This document shows positions 1 to 12,900 of a stretch of 64,000 bases of DNA, in pieces. The notes beneath the pieces were generated by a model. It saw only the letters and a list, made by a program, of their open reading frames with translations. It ran no database searches and was not told the DNA's origin. The translations under genes and the position numbers were made by a program. Every line of letters begins with the position of its first letter. The stretch's first letter is position 1. Origin of the DNA: a virus; the IMG/VR virus record IMGVR_UViG_3300034198_023063, positions 16,758-80,757 of that record; one strand, 5' to 3'.

Positions 1-141
1 TCTTATACTCAATACAATAATCCTATAAATATAAAAGTATCTTATACGCCATTTTTAGACTCTAACCAATTGGTAGCAAAGCTTTTAATAAGCGGAGCTA
101 ATAACTTAAAAATTGAACAATACATAACAGGAGTAAAATAA
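1..141 (+). CDS. 3' end of a gene truncated by the window edge (SYTQYNNP...ITGVK*)
   Basis: Frame 1 is open from base 1 to TAA at 139-141, overlapping the next ATG (TAATG). Confidence 0.75.
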   Translation, partial: SYTQYNNPINIKVSYTPFLDSNQLVAKLLISGANNLKIEQYITGVK

Positions 142-659
142 TGCCAGAACAACTAAGACATTCGCCTTTAAGAAATAGTGTTGTCGACTTATATGTTGCT
201 AATTTTAATGGAGCAACGCAAAATACATCTTTTGGATTTAGCCAAGTTCCATCTGTTGATTACCAGTATTTAATAAATAAAGCTAAAATTCAAATAAATA
301 AAATTATACAAGATGGTTATTCTAAATTTTTAAACGATTTTATAAATTATCAAGATGGTCTTATTTTATGTGTTAATACTACTAATTTATTAAGCAAAAG
401 CGAATATAAAACAAGCAATGCCTTTTCTGATTCTTTAAGATTTACAGTAGTAAAAATGCCCGGAGAATTTGTTAATGTAAATAAATCTAAATTATCATCT
501 CCATATCAATATGGAGAAAGATTAAGAGTTTCCGCGTCATTTGAAAAAAAATCGGACACAAGACAAAAAGATTTAATTTATCGAGATACAAATATAAAAG
601 GAAGAAGCAAAACTGGATCAGATTCAACAGGGGGAGTCGGAGTAGGAGTATGGAGTTGA
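141..659 (+). CDS. hypothetical protein, putative virion structural protein
   Basis: 172-aa ORF coupled to its neighbours in the + strand structural block; no motif recognised. Confidence 0.7.
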   Translation: MPEQLRHSPLRNSVVDLYVANFNGATQNTSFGFSQVPSVDYQYLINKAKIQINKIIQDGYSKFLNDFINYQDGLILCVNTTNLLSKSEYKTSNAFSDSLRFTVVKMPGEFVNVNKSKLSSPYQYGERLRVSASFEKKSDTRQKDLIYRDTNIKGRSKTGSDSTGGVGVGVWS

Positions 660-662
660 AAA

Positions 663-3600
663 ATGATAAGAATAACAAATGCTCAAAAAGTAGCACCTAA
701 ACAGCCAACAACGCACACTCAGCATAATTCTTTAGCTGAAGCGTTTAATACTAGAATATTGTCTGGATTGGGGGACTGCGCTTGGAGAATTTTTTATTAT
801 GCTTATTCTACATTTAGAGGATTAAGAAATCCAGATGGAGACTCTTATCCAGCTCAAGATGAGTGGTTTAAATTTTACGCACACATAGAACCTAAGATAA
901 TGTGGGGAAAATTTGGATGGCCAGAAGTTCCCGCTGGAGAAGCTCAAGGACCAAACGTCGCTAACCCATTCATGGCTTGGATATTTGGAAATAACTCTAG
1001 AACAAAAAAGGCTAATGGAGAAAGCGATGATACTAAAGATAGAATTCATGGGTACTGGTCTGAACCAATAAGGTTAAGCGGTTTGGAGGCTCAATTGCCG
1101 ATGCAAATGCCAACTAAAACTAGTGGTGATCCAAATTTACATAGAGTCTGGAGCGATTCAGAAATACAAAGAGGATGTTGCGCTTTTTATCCGAATTATT
1201 TATATTTACCAAGAAATGCTTTACAGCCATCAACAAAGGAGCTGCAATTAGTATCTTTAGGTATATGCTCCGCAGCTAGAAGACATTTGCGATATGTGAT
1301 GGAAACAGTGTCAATGGGAAGATATGCCTCAAGTTATGTTCCAGATACAGATGGAAAAGGGGGAATATTTAGAAAAAAGAATGCTGTTAAAGACCAAATC
1401 GAGCAGGCAATGTTTTATTATTTATCTTTTTTTAGAGGGACCGAGGATCAGAGGTCAAAGCATGACAAAGTAAGAAAAAATGTAAGAACAGAAGGATTTA
1501 ATTTTGAATCTTTTTTTGCTAGACAATTTTTATTAGCTCCGAATTATTCTAGACCAAAATATGAATTAGATCAATCAGGAAAAGTAAAAAAGGATACATT
1601 AGGAAATAATTTAATAAAATATGATAGCATAGGCTATCCTGAGCTTTTTCCTGAAAATAAAAGTTTTATTTGGAGCGTCCCTTTGAGTACAACAGCGTCT
1701 TCAAATGTAATACCTATTTCGACAGATTACTATAATAAAGCAATAGATGAAAAATCAATTAACGATGGCTATTTTTTTAAAGATATAAATAATTCGATTA
1801 CTTTTGATACTGACCCTCAAGATCCGGGATTTAGTAACGAAAGGACAGGAAGAAATAGATTTTGTTTATCGGCGATATTTATACAAACATCTGATATAGC
1901 ATCAAGCACAGTAAATGAAGCTGGTCAGTTATTAAACGGATTATGCATAGACGTATATTTATATGGAAAATTATACGACACAATTCCTCTCAACAATAAT
2001 GAAGATAAGTATATTGTGTCAAGGAGGACCGGAGCAGTTAATAATTCAATAACAGAGCAACAAAATAAATATCAAATTTATCAATTTAATAGAATTCATT
2101 ATTTTCAATATCCCGTCAAAGGTTTAGTTTCTTTTAGAGTAAGAAGCTCTAATGGTTCAATAAATTTTGGCAAAAAAATAGATGATAAAGATAGTTCAAA
2201 TAATGTTTATTCTTTAAATAATTTTAGTATATTTATAAATACAGCTCACGTTTTCGATATGAAGCCTACAGTGGCTGATGCTTATGTAATGATGCGGGTG
2301 GCTACTACAGAAGGCGCGGGAACAGACGCTGGACAAATGGATCCAGTTGGGCATTTCAATGGAGAAACTTGCAAAAGCGTTTTTCAAAATTATATAAAAT
2401 ATGGAGTAGCTTATACTTTAAATAAAGGTAAAACTTTATATCAAAATGATTCTTATGTAAGCGCAAATCCAGTTTATGAATCTGCTAGAAAATTTATAAC
2501 TAGCAATATTAGAATGGCTGATAGAATTTCTTTAGTAGACTACGAGGTGGATTCGCAAGGTAGATCTGTTTTATATTTTAGTCGTTATGCTTATGGAATG
2601 AAAAATAGCGGAGTAGATATTTTTAGAGGAATAGCGCCATCAATAACTCCAGTTGGAAATAGAACAATTTTAGGTTCTAATACTGAAACATTTATTCCAA
2701 TTGTCAAGGGAAAAGAATATATTGTATTGGATTTATCAGAGGCAAAAGATGGTTATATATATTATAGAAATAATGACTCTAGCGTTTCAAAATTAACTCA
2801 CGGTAAAAAATTTAAAGGTGGAGACTATTATTTTGCTTCGGGTTTTTCAAATACTACTATAGGTATTTACGAATTAGATGGAATAGTAGCATCAACTTTA
2901 ATAAATGAATCCCCCAAAGCAAGTATAAAAATCAAAGTTGGATCAGAAGATTTTAATCAAATATCAAATGGTAATATTTCAAATGAGTGGTGCATGTTTA
3001 TGTCTTATAATTTGTACCATTGGTCTAATAGTTCGGCTTGGAAACCAGAAATATATGGCGATATCATGGGGGCTTTTAATGGCAGGTGCTTAACTTCAAG
3101 CGTTTCTTTGGAATATTATAGAACAACTTCTAAAAATGTAAAAAAACATTTGGCAAATGTAACTTGGAGGCCGTACGACATTCCTTTGGTTGTAGAGTCT
3201 CCGTCTGGATATAATTATATAGAAAGCGCAAATACAGATTTATCTAAAACTGGTGGAGCAGATTATTTTTATGCTCAAAAATTCGCAAAAAGTTGTCAAA
3301 TATATGTTCCACCTTATCAAATTCAATCGACTTCTAGAATAAATCCTTATGACCCAAGATGCGATATAATAAAAGTAGTTTTAAATACTAGACTTTCAGC
3401 AAGTAGCATTAATGGCTCAACAGCAGCGATAAAAGGAAAAGTAAGCGAAAACTTAGATTATTTTACATATAAAGCTAACGCTTTTGAGTTTAGATCAGAT
3501 GAATCTGCTGCCATAGATTATGTTTTGCATTATTTGACGGGTAGATCTTGCCCAAGGTCAGTGATTGGAGATGTATCATTAGATAATAACTTTTTTTGGT

Positions 3601-3935
3601 CAAAGCAGAGACCGTTTGGGTGCTGTTATCCAAGATTTTATTTTGTAAAATTAATTCCAAAAGTATCTGCTGGAACAGTAATGTATTCAGATCATTATAC
3701 GCAAATGGAATATTATCTAAGAGCTATGTGTAATGGTTTTATAAATAGAGATACTGAAATGGCCCCAAATGAAATACAAAAAATAATATCAGAAAGAAAT
3801 ACAGGAATTGATGTCGTGGGAGGGTATGATTCTGCTGTTGGAGATTATTTATTTGAAGACTTAATGCGAAAATCTTATGATATTTCGACGAATAATTATG
3901 CACCAATGCCTACAAACATGACCAGCACAGCATAA
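663..3935 (+). CDS. large hypothetical protein, putative virion (tail/baseplate) protein
   Basis: 1090-aa ORF in a tightly packed operon of giant proteins; function inferred from context only. Confidence 0.65.
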   Translation: MIRITNAQKVAPKQPTTHTQHNSLAEAFNTRILSGLGDCAWRIFYYAYSTFRGLRNPDGDSYPAQDEWFKFYAHIEPKIMWGKFGWPEVPAGEAQGPNVANPFMAWIFGNNSRTKKANGESDDTKDRIHGYWSEPIRLSGLEAQLPMQMPTKTSGDPNLHRVWSDSEIQRGCCAFYPNYLYLPRNALQPSTKELQLVSLGICSAARRHLRYVMETVSMGRYASSYVPDTDGKGGIFRKKNAVKDQIEQAMFYYLSFFRGTEDQRSKHDKVRKNVRTEGFNFESFFARQFLLAPNYSRPKYELDQSGKVKKDTLGNNLIKYDSIGYPELFPENKSFIWSVPLSTTASSNVIPISTDYYNKAIDEKSINDGYFFKDINNSITFDTDPQDPGFSNERTGRNRFCLSAIFIQTSDIASSTVNEAGQLLNGLCIDVYLYGKLYDTIPLNNNEDKYIVSRRTGAVNNSITEQQNKYQIYQFNRIHYFQYPVKGLVSFRVRSSNGSINFGKKIDDKDSSNNVYSLNNFSIFINTAHVFDMKPTVADAYVMMRVATTEGAGTDAGQMDPVGHFNGETCKSVFQNYIKYGVAYTLNKGKTLYQNDSYVSANPVYESARKFITSNIRMADRISLVDYEVDSQGRSVLYFSRYAYGMKNSGVDIFRGIAPSITPVGNRTILGSNTETFIPIVKGKEYIVLDLSEAKDGYIYYRNNDSSVSKLTHGKKFKGGDYYFASGFSNTTIGIYELDGIVASTLINESPKASIKIKVGSEDFNQISNGNISNEWCMFMSYNLYHWSNSSAWKPEIYGDIMGAFNGRCLTSSVSLEYYRTTSKNVKKHLANVTWRPYDIPLVVESPSGYNYIESANTDLSKTGGADYFYAQKFAKSCQIYVPPYQIQSTSRINPYDPRCDIIKVVLNTRLSASSINGSTAAIKGKVSENLDYFTYKANAFEFRSDESAAIDYVLHYLTGRSCPRSVIGDVSLDNNFFWSKQRPFGCCYPRFYFVKLIPKVSAGTVMYSDHYTQMEYYLRAMCNGFINRDTEMAPNEIQKIISERNTGIDVVGGYDSAVGDYLFEDLMRKSYDISTNNYAPMPTNMTSTA

Positions 3936-3947
3936 CCATAATAATAT

Positions 3948-6900
3948 ATGAGCGCATTAAATGATAATAAGGCTTTTTTAAGTGGGGTATTAACTGGAGA
4001 ATCATTAAATTTTGATACTTCAGTTTTTGGTCTTTGGGTTTCTATATTTCAAAATGTTAATTATAGTGAAAATGGTTACTCTTACTTTCAGCCGTTAGCG
4101 ACAGACATTACCGCTATAGATTTTCCTATTACTGGTAAAAGATTTTCTTTATTTAATTTTGATGGAAAGTATTCTGATGCAAGATTTATAATATCCTCAG
4201 GTAAAAAGGGAGATGCTGAATATGATACTACTGTTCCTATAGCGGATATTTCAAATTCTTTTGTATCAGGTTTTAAGCCATTAATTATAATGCCAAATGT
4301 TGATTTCACGGGCAGCATTTATAGAAGAACTGAAATCACTGGATATAGAAATTCTGTAATTGGAAATTATCAAACCCTTGGTCTTTCTGGGGAAGATTGG
4401 CAAAAAACATCTATACCAGTAAATGTTAGCGATGACGTTAAAGAATACGCTTATTTTGATACTGGATACTCTGGTTACTCAAACGAAGTCGCTACAAGAT
4501 ATAAATTTTTATATGATGATCCGTCACACTCGCAAAGACAAAACGTATCGATATTTGAAATACCAATTCAATATGAAGCTGGATCAAATTTTAAATATAA
4601 AATATCTAGAAAAAGCGATCCATTTGGAGAATTTTATACCCCAGAAATAACTACTGATGGCAAAATAATTATTGATTACTCTCAATATAAAGATGAAGTA
4701 AATAAGCCAGTGGAAGCTGGATTAAATTATAAATTTACTACAGTTTCTAAATTTTCTTTCCCACAAGGCGTTTTTGAAGATTTAGACGATAATCAAGTTG
4801 TCACTAGGCCGATTAATGATTCTTCTATAACTGGACTGAAATTAACCAGAAGAAAGGAAGGGGATGATACTTATTATGATTTTTATTTGTCATCAACTGG
4901 CGTTAATAATACTGGAGCTACTTATGATGGTATTTATAGAATAACATTTAATGTAGATAGATATAACACAACAAATAAAACAGGAATAGTTGGTTATGTG
5001 ATGACCGGCATCAAAACTGGAGACGTATCAACAAATGTTTTAGTTAATTTAGGAATAAATTCTGGAGTCTACCCTAGGGTCATAGATACTCAAAGATATC
5101 AAACTTCAGACATATTAAATTTAGCAAATTTAGAAGAGCTTATTGTTAATGAGGAGTCGGCGCAGGCTTTAGCTTCTGATACTGATTTTGAAAACGAAAC
5201 TAATTTAGCAAAAAATTTACAAGATAATATAAAGAAAAATGTAGATTTTTTAAACGAATTGCTAAAAGATGAGCCACAAAACCCAACGCAAAATACAACA
5301 TCAGATCAAGTTTTAAGAGGCCAAATTGATTCTCTTGAAAATTCTAATTTAGATTCTGCAAATCAAAATCAAATTATAGAAAAAATTGCTCTTCCAAAAT
5401 TTACGTTACCAAAACAAAATGTAGATAAAAATTATTATAATAATTATATAAATTCTGGAGAAGAGTATGTCGCGGTTCCTTTGGCTAATTACACTCTTCA
5501 GCCAAGTTATGTTTTTTATGGAGATCAATATGGACAACTAGGATACTATATAGAAGAAACTGAATATTCAACATATAGAATAGTTGTTAATTCCACCAGC
5601 AATGGAGTTTACGTTTCAAATACTTCGGTTTGCAAAGGAGACACTGCTATATATGCAAATATGCCATACTCAGAAGATGTATATTTTGAAAATGGTATTT
5701 GCACAAGAATTCCAGAAGATGGAATAATAGATAAAAATAATTACGCAACACAAGATAGCTGGAAGAATGCTGTTAATTATTTTTACACAAAAAATTATTT
5801 ATCTTCAGTAGATGTTTTTCCTACTAGTTCAGATCAAGATGCAAATTTATCTATATCAAACGCAATATCTAAAGCTTTGCAGCAAATAGGTTCTTGCACG
5901 GGAGATTTTCTAACAGAAAACTCAAATGCAAAACCAATATTATATTTGGAAAGAGAAGTTTACGTTGAGCCATACGATAAAGATCAAATAACTCTGCTAA
6001 ACAATACTTTAAATTCGGGGTCTTTCGTATCTCCAAGTGGAGAATTAGTGAGGCAACAAGAAGAAAAGCTTTATTGCGTACAAATTTTTGATACGTCATT
6101 TGCTAAAGATAATAGTTCATTTTTCAAGGCAGCTAATGATTATGAAGAAAGTTTAACTTTTAAATCCTTTGCTCCTTATAAAGATTCTGCTGGAAAAGAT
6201 ATCGTGAGTTATGGTGTCGGAGAAAATTTTGGTACAGTATATTATAATGATCAAAATAAAGATGAGCAAGATATTTATAGATTAGAGTATGTAACTGGAC
6301 AAGCCTTCTCTTATAATAAAACTTCTAATTTTAGAGCTTGGAATGGATTAGGAAGTCAAACAATATCAATATCAAATCAAAACGATAAGAATTATGGCTA
6401 CCACTTGTATGGATATGAAAACGCAGATGATGTTTTAACTTTTGTAAAATCTAACATTTTAAATGGGGTAGATGTTTCACCAACATCTTTTACAAACTAT
6501 GTTGTATTAAAATTTAATAAACAAGGATTTACCGATAGCAGTTATATTTTTAATGACTCTAATGGAACTAATTATACAGCAATAAATACTTCAGTGGTTG
6601 ATTCTTCTGGAGCTTTGTTATCATCAAGTTATGTGTTTTTTAATATACAAAAATATTCATACTTGGCAAGAGCGGTAACAGAAAATAATGTTTGGTATAC
6701 CAACAAGTTGATTCCAATAAATGATGATTCATATGGCGCTGAAGATCAGTTTGGATTATTTGCTCCTAGATTTTTTGAAGACGCAACACAGGAAGCAAAG
6801 TCTGCGGCAGAACAACTTTTTGTGTTTCCAAATGGGCCTTCGACTTCCAAAAATTACGAAGGATCTCCGTTAGTTTACGATCATCTTCCTAGCATACCTC

Positions 6901-9900
6901 AAGGAGTATTAAATAATAAATTAGTCATAACAGAAGAAAGAAAAAATTATAATATAATAAATAATGATTTCATATTAAATTTTGTTTTGGAGGGAAGGCT
7001 TACAAAAGAACTGGGCCTTAATAATGTTAAAAATTATAAAGATTCTAGAAGACTTAAAATAACAAGAGTAAGATACAATGTATATTCTAAAAATTTATTG
7101 ATTGTTGGTGACGCTGGTTTTCCATATGCATTAGCATTAAATACAGGTTGGGAATACAAACTTCAATACAGGAAAAAAGGAGTAGGTTCAGCTTGGAAAG
7201 AGATGGATTCTACCTCATCTTTTACAAATAGTAAAATTGCAAATGTAAGTTCATTTCTGAATCCATATTTTTATAAATTTGAAGATTTGATAACGCCGAA
7301 CTATCTTCCAACTGTTGGGTTTTTGACTAATTTACCAAATTTCTTAGATGATAGCCAATATCAATTTAGAATTTTTAAATACGAAAAATTTGATTCTGGT
7401 TCAGATTCGGTTGATATAATAAGAAAAACAAACTTTTTGCCAATACAAGTAAATTGGGCGAATGATAACAAATCTTCTTATTTTAATATTTACCAATTAG
7501 ATAGCGGCAATAATTTAAAACTAATAAAAACAGAAAACCAAAAAAGTTCTTCTACGTTTGCTATTCCAAGCGTTAAACAGCAATATTTTGATTTGGGATT
7601 GGCTAATTTTTCCAAAAATGGATCAGGATATTATGATATAATAGTTTCTGGCGCTTTGCCATCTACTCAAGTTAATACTGGATTAGCGGGTTCTGTATTT
7701 ATAGGAAATCCAACTATAGGAAATTCCACCGCAGATCCAAGTGATCAAAATGATCCATCTGGACCAATAATAATAGATGTAATTAATCAAACATCTAATA
7801 CAAGCGGTTATAATTCAATAACTGGAGTGACATATGCTCCTCTTATAAATTTTAATAATCCAGAATCTAAAAATGCAGATTTTAGTATTAACGCAAATTA
7901 TAGTGGTTATTATTTTATATCCGATGGTAAAAATGCTACCTTAGATAACTCTTTAGTTAATGGTTTTGAGTGCTATGTTGCAAATACTGGATCATCAACC
8001 AATATTTATTCTAATGGCTCAGCTTATTCTTTAAATAATAATAAGGTAGCAAAAGTGATTTTGCCTTCAGTAACAACTACGGACTCAATCCGAGCTTTAC
8101 CATCAGCGCAAGTAAGCGTTGATTATACTAATAATTATGTTTATATAAAAGAAAATTTTAATTATAACACAGGAGATTTTGAAGCTAGCGCTGGGACAAA
8201 AAGTTCAATTTCTACAATTATAAATGGATCAAGTTCTTCTGTCACATTAACTTATGGGACTGGAACGATATCAATTCCAGCTAATACGAGTTATAAACTG
8301 CAATTCGATAATGGTTGGGATGGGTCTGCATTCGCCTCTCAGATTCTTCAATTAAATTCTTATAAAAATGTAGATACTCAAGCTTCTTATATAAATTCTT
8401 CTGGTGGTTTAGTTAATTTAAATTATGATTCTTTAATATTAAATACCCAAGACTATATTGATTTACCAATTTATAATTTTGCAAAAAATAAACTATCTGT
8501 AAATGGATTAATAAATTTAAATGCAGATTCATTTTATCTTTTGAGTGGAAATCCGGCTGGAACAATAACGGCGACTGAAAAAGATTATTTTGATTCTATA
8601 AAAATATACTTAGATGGAAGCGAGGGGGAAAATAATATTTTTGTATTAAAAGATGATACTGATATAGATGTGTCTTATTTCCAGTTTGGCAATCGAAAAG
8701 AGTATTATTTTATAAAAGACAACAATATACAAAGATCTTTAAATATAAAAATCAAAAATGGAACCTCGGAGAAATTAATTCCAAAAGGATCACCAGATTT
8801 TAAATTAACTGTTAAAAAAGATACGTTTTCTAATATAACTTATGAGATTTTATTTCCATCTTCAGATTTTACTACATTAATCGGAGACGAACTTGAGCAA
8901 TTAATAGTAATAAAATCTCAAAATAGTCATATTATTGATTTGGGATATATAGAGGGCTCGCTAAAATCTAATGCTTTTGTTTATTTTGTTAACTCTTCAA
9001 ATACAAACGTAGATTTTCAAAGAGATTTCAAGAGCGTCATGACTTTATCAAATGGCGAAATCGCTAAAGTAACTCTAGAAAAATACAATCTAACAGCAAG
9101 AATTACAAAAATAAATGAAGCAAGAAATCATTTTGAATTTAAAATAGATCCGCAAATTCATTTAACAGAACCTTCTGGGGTCAATATTTTGAATTTAAAT
9201 TTTTGTGGCGCTGATGTTGTTCTGCCGCCTCCTTCTGATTTTTCAGCTAAAGAAACTTTTATAATTTCTAAAAATAGATTAGCAGCAAATAAAATAGATT
9301 ACAAAAAAATAGAAAACACTCCCAGCACAGCCATATCTTCTGAAGGAAAATTCTCACAAAATAGCATTGTATGTAAAATTTATAAAAATTCATCTTCTAG
9401 TACATACCCTGCCGTAGATCAGTCAGAAATATCTGCTGGCTATTATTCCCCTTTCAGAGAAAGAAATACTCCAAAAGATGATGTTTATGAAGTTTTCTAT
9501 ATTAAAGATGCTGATTTAAAGTCTTTTTCTATAAAAGATTATTTCGAAAGATCAGCATATTATTATGGGAAAGTTTTGTTGGAGTCTGAAAAGGAGTTTT
9601 CTATTTATTCTTATGATGAAAATAATAGCAATACACAAAATGTAGAAAAAAAGGGGGTTAGTTTTGATTTTGATTTCGATTTGGGTGAAGTCATAGATGG
9701 CGCACTAACTACAAAGCTGGTTGAAAACGATTACCAAATAATTAATTCTAATAGCGAAGACGACGGTGTTCAGACTTTAGATAATTTTTCAGTTGGTCAA
9801 TATTGCATAAATTTCGCTTATGATAGCGTAGCTCTTACTGGTCAGAGCGTATCTTTGATTAAAAATAGAGGAGCTTTTATAAACGAAAATCAAGGGTTGA

Positions 9901-12900
9901 GGGTTTTCCCAATTTATAATGAAGATGAGTTTTTTATTGCAGAAAATATAAATCAAGAACTTAGATCTTCTTACACAAATTATAGAAAAGAAGATGGCGT
10001 TAAGTTGTATACTTCATTTTTTTATCAACTTAATAATTCCACGGATATTGAATCAGTATTTCTTCCGTATTCTACTGATAAAAAATATATTATAGAAAAT
10101 TTATCTTCTAGGGCTTTTGATATAAAAACTCTGGATTCAAATTCTTTGGTCACAACAATAAAACCAAACGAAAAAAAGACATTCTCTTACTCGTCTACAT
10201 CTTGGATTAGTTCAAACTACATTGATAGCGTAGATGGATATTTGCCCACTGATAGTAGTCCTTCTGTAATTAAATCTGAAAATCAAAATAATGAAAAAGA
10301 TTCTGCGCACCCATTTATTAGTTTATTTGGAACAGCTAATAGTTTAGATGGTATAAAAGGTAATATTTTTGAGTCATTTTGTTATGATGAGGCTGGTACT
10401 TTAAAGTCATCGATAAGTTTACCAAATGGAGAGCAATCTTTAACATACAATTTAATAGACTGCGATGAGGCCAAAAATAATACCACAACTAGCGATGGGT
10501 CTTCACAGTATATGTTTTGCTATGGAAGAGGAGGAGCAAAAACTATATCTGATACAGATTTTGTTTTAAATGATTTTTATCTTTTTATTAAATATGGAAC
10601 TAGCTACATTAAAAATAAACAAGTAGGCGGAAAGTTTTTAAGTAGAATTAGTAGCGAGGGTATTGATAATCCAATTTTAACTATAATAAAAAGAAATCAT
10701 TTTGATTTGTTGAGTTTATTTATTTCTGAAAATGGATATGCCACATCATTACCGAGAAATTTAAGGTCTGCTACGCCAATTCCGTTTTATAATGAGTTGC
10801 AGACTTATTACTTGCCAAATTTAAATATTACGATACAAAAAACAGAAGAAGAAGTAGAAAATCCTTCCCTTGGCTCTTTATGGCTGGGCAAAAAATTTGT
10901 TTTTATTAATTTAGTAAAAGTAAACTCTCAAGCCCCAAACAAGATATATAATTATACAGATGAAACTTATACTGACTTGATAAATACAAGTGGAGAAAAT
11001 TCTGTTGCTGTTTTTGAGGTGGTATATGATGGGACAAATTATTTATGGAAAAAACAAACTTTAAATGTTCCTAAAATTCAAAATGTATACGTTTCTTTAA
11101 AAAATGTAAAAGGCCTCGATTCAACTTCTTCTTCCAATGTTACAGATGGTAGAGAGATGGTTTATTTGAGTAATTTTAGAACTTTTAATGTTTCAATAGA
11201 TAGTTTTGCTGATTATAAATTTAACAATTTTTATTTATATAATTCCTGCAACTATCCTTTAGAGATTTTGTTTAATGGCTCTAGAAGTAGTTTAGACGCC
11301 AACTCTCCATTCGTGAAAGTTAGTTATGATGGATCTTTTATACCAAAAGAGATATCATATAATCATACGACTAATTTTGTAGAGACTGAATCTATAGATA
11401 TAAGAATTACTTCAAATACAGATACCGATACGACCTTAATAGAGCGAATTGCTTATATTTATCCATCCCCAGTAATAGGGGCTTATGCAAAATTAAATTA
11501 TAGAACATACTCTACAAGTGCGGGGATAACTACTTATTCTGATTTATCATCCGCATTATTCGTATCGTCAAGTAATGGTTGGTCTAAAATAAATTTATCA
11601 GATTATTTAAGCGATAATTATTGCGATCTAAATGTTAGTAATTTAGAAAAATATAGCCCTGATTCAAGATTATTTATTTACGGATCTTCTGTTAGGAATC
11701 AGTACTCTCAAAGCTTTGACACATACACTCTTAGAGTGGTCGCGCCAGAATCAAGATCGACATCGTTTTTTATTTTTAATAATACGGTTAATGATTTAAA
11801 AATAAAATTTGTAACATCTAATTTTACTGACTTCGGCGGAATTGGGCGGTTAACAATTAATTTAGCTAAAAACAGAATCTCTAAAGTTTATAAAAACTCA
11901 AATGGCAAACTATCTTTTGAAGTACTAGAAATCCACCAACGGGGCAGATACTATCTATCTAATAAAAATAAAAACATTAACTATATAAACGGCTCAGAAA
12001 TAGAACTTTTTATTGATGCTTGTGTGCCTTCCGATTTAGACTCTCAACCTTTTGAAATATCAAATGATAATATAAATTGTTTTCTTACATTGTTACCAAC
12101 AAGTTCTGAGTATACTAGGATTTTTTATAATCTTTATCAAGGCGCAAATGGTAATTTAGTTAAAAATAGAGACACAAAAGGCGATTCGGTCAATAATTTT
12201 TCCGTAGTCCCTTTTGATACGTCGCAAAGTCTGGGATGGCTATCTTTAAATAATTCACAAGATTACCAAAAAGATTTAATTACTCCATTTTTGGATATAT
12301 CAGTAGCAGGGCATTATATTTTAACAAACTATAATTATTCTGTAAAAATAACTCCTAGTGCTTCAGATATCTTTTTAGTAAATAATACATCAAAAAATAT
12401 TAAAGTTCAGCAGGGAGATTCTGATTATCAATTATATAGAAATACTGTTTTAATTGTAAATTCTACATCAAAAAGATATTTAAAAAAGGGAAAAAGAAAA
12501 GACGCCTTTTATTCTGTATTTAATCCTAAGACTTTAGTGAATACTCAAAGAGAGATCAGTTTAGTATTGGGAATAGAAAGGCATCAAGAAATTTTGCCGA
12601 TTTATGACATAGATTTTGTAGATGTCCCATCTTATCTAAAGTTATATTCAAGATATGGGCAAACTCAATCTGTTTACTTGAATTTTCAAGATTATTATTT
12701 AGGCAAAGATATTCCATCAGATTGCCCAGAAAATATGCTTGCTTACGAGGTGGGAACTGGGCATGAAACCATATATAAGTTTTTATTCTTTGATCCTTCT
12801 ACTAATTATTATACTTTACCGGGCATAACAGAAGGTGAAGAGTATTTAGTGGATTTTAATGAGGGTTTATTCTTCAATTTATTATTGGGGCAAGGTGGCG

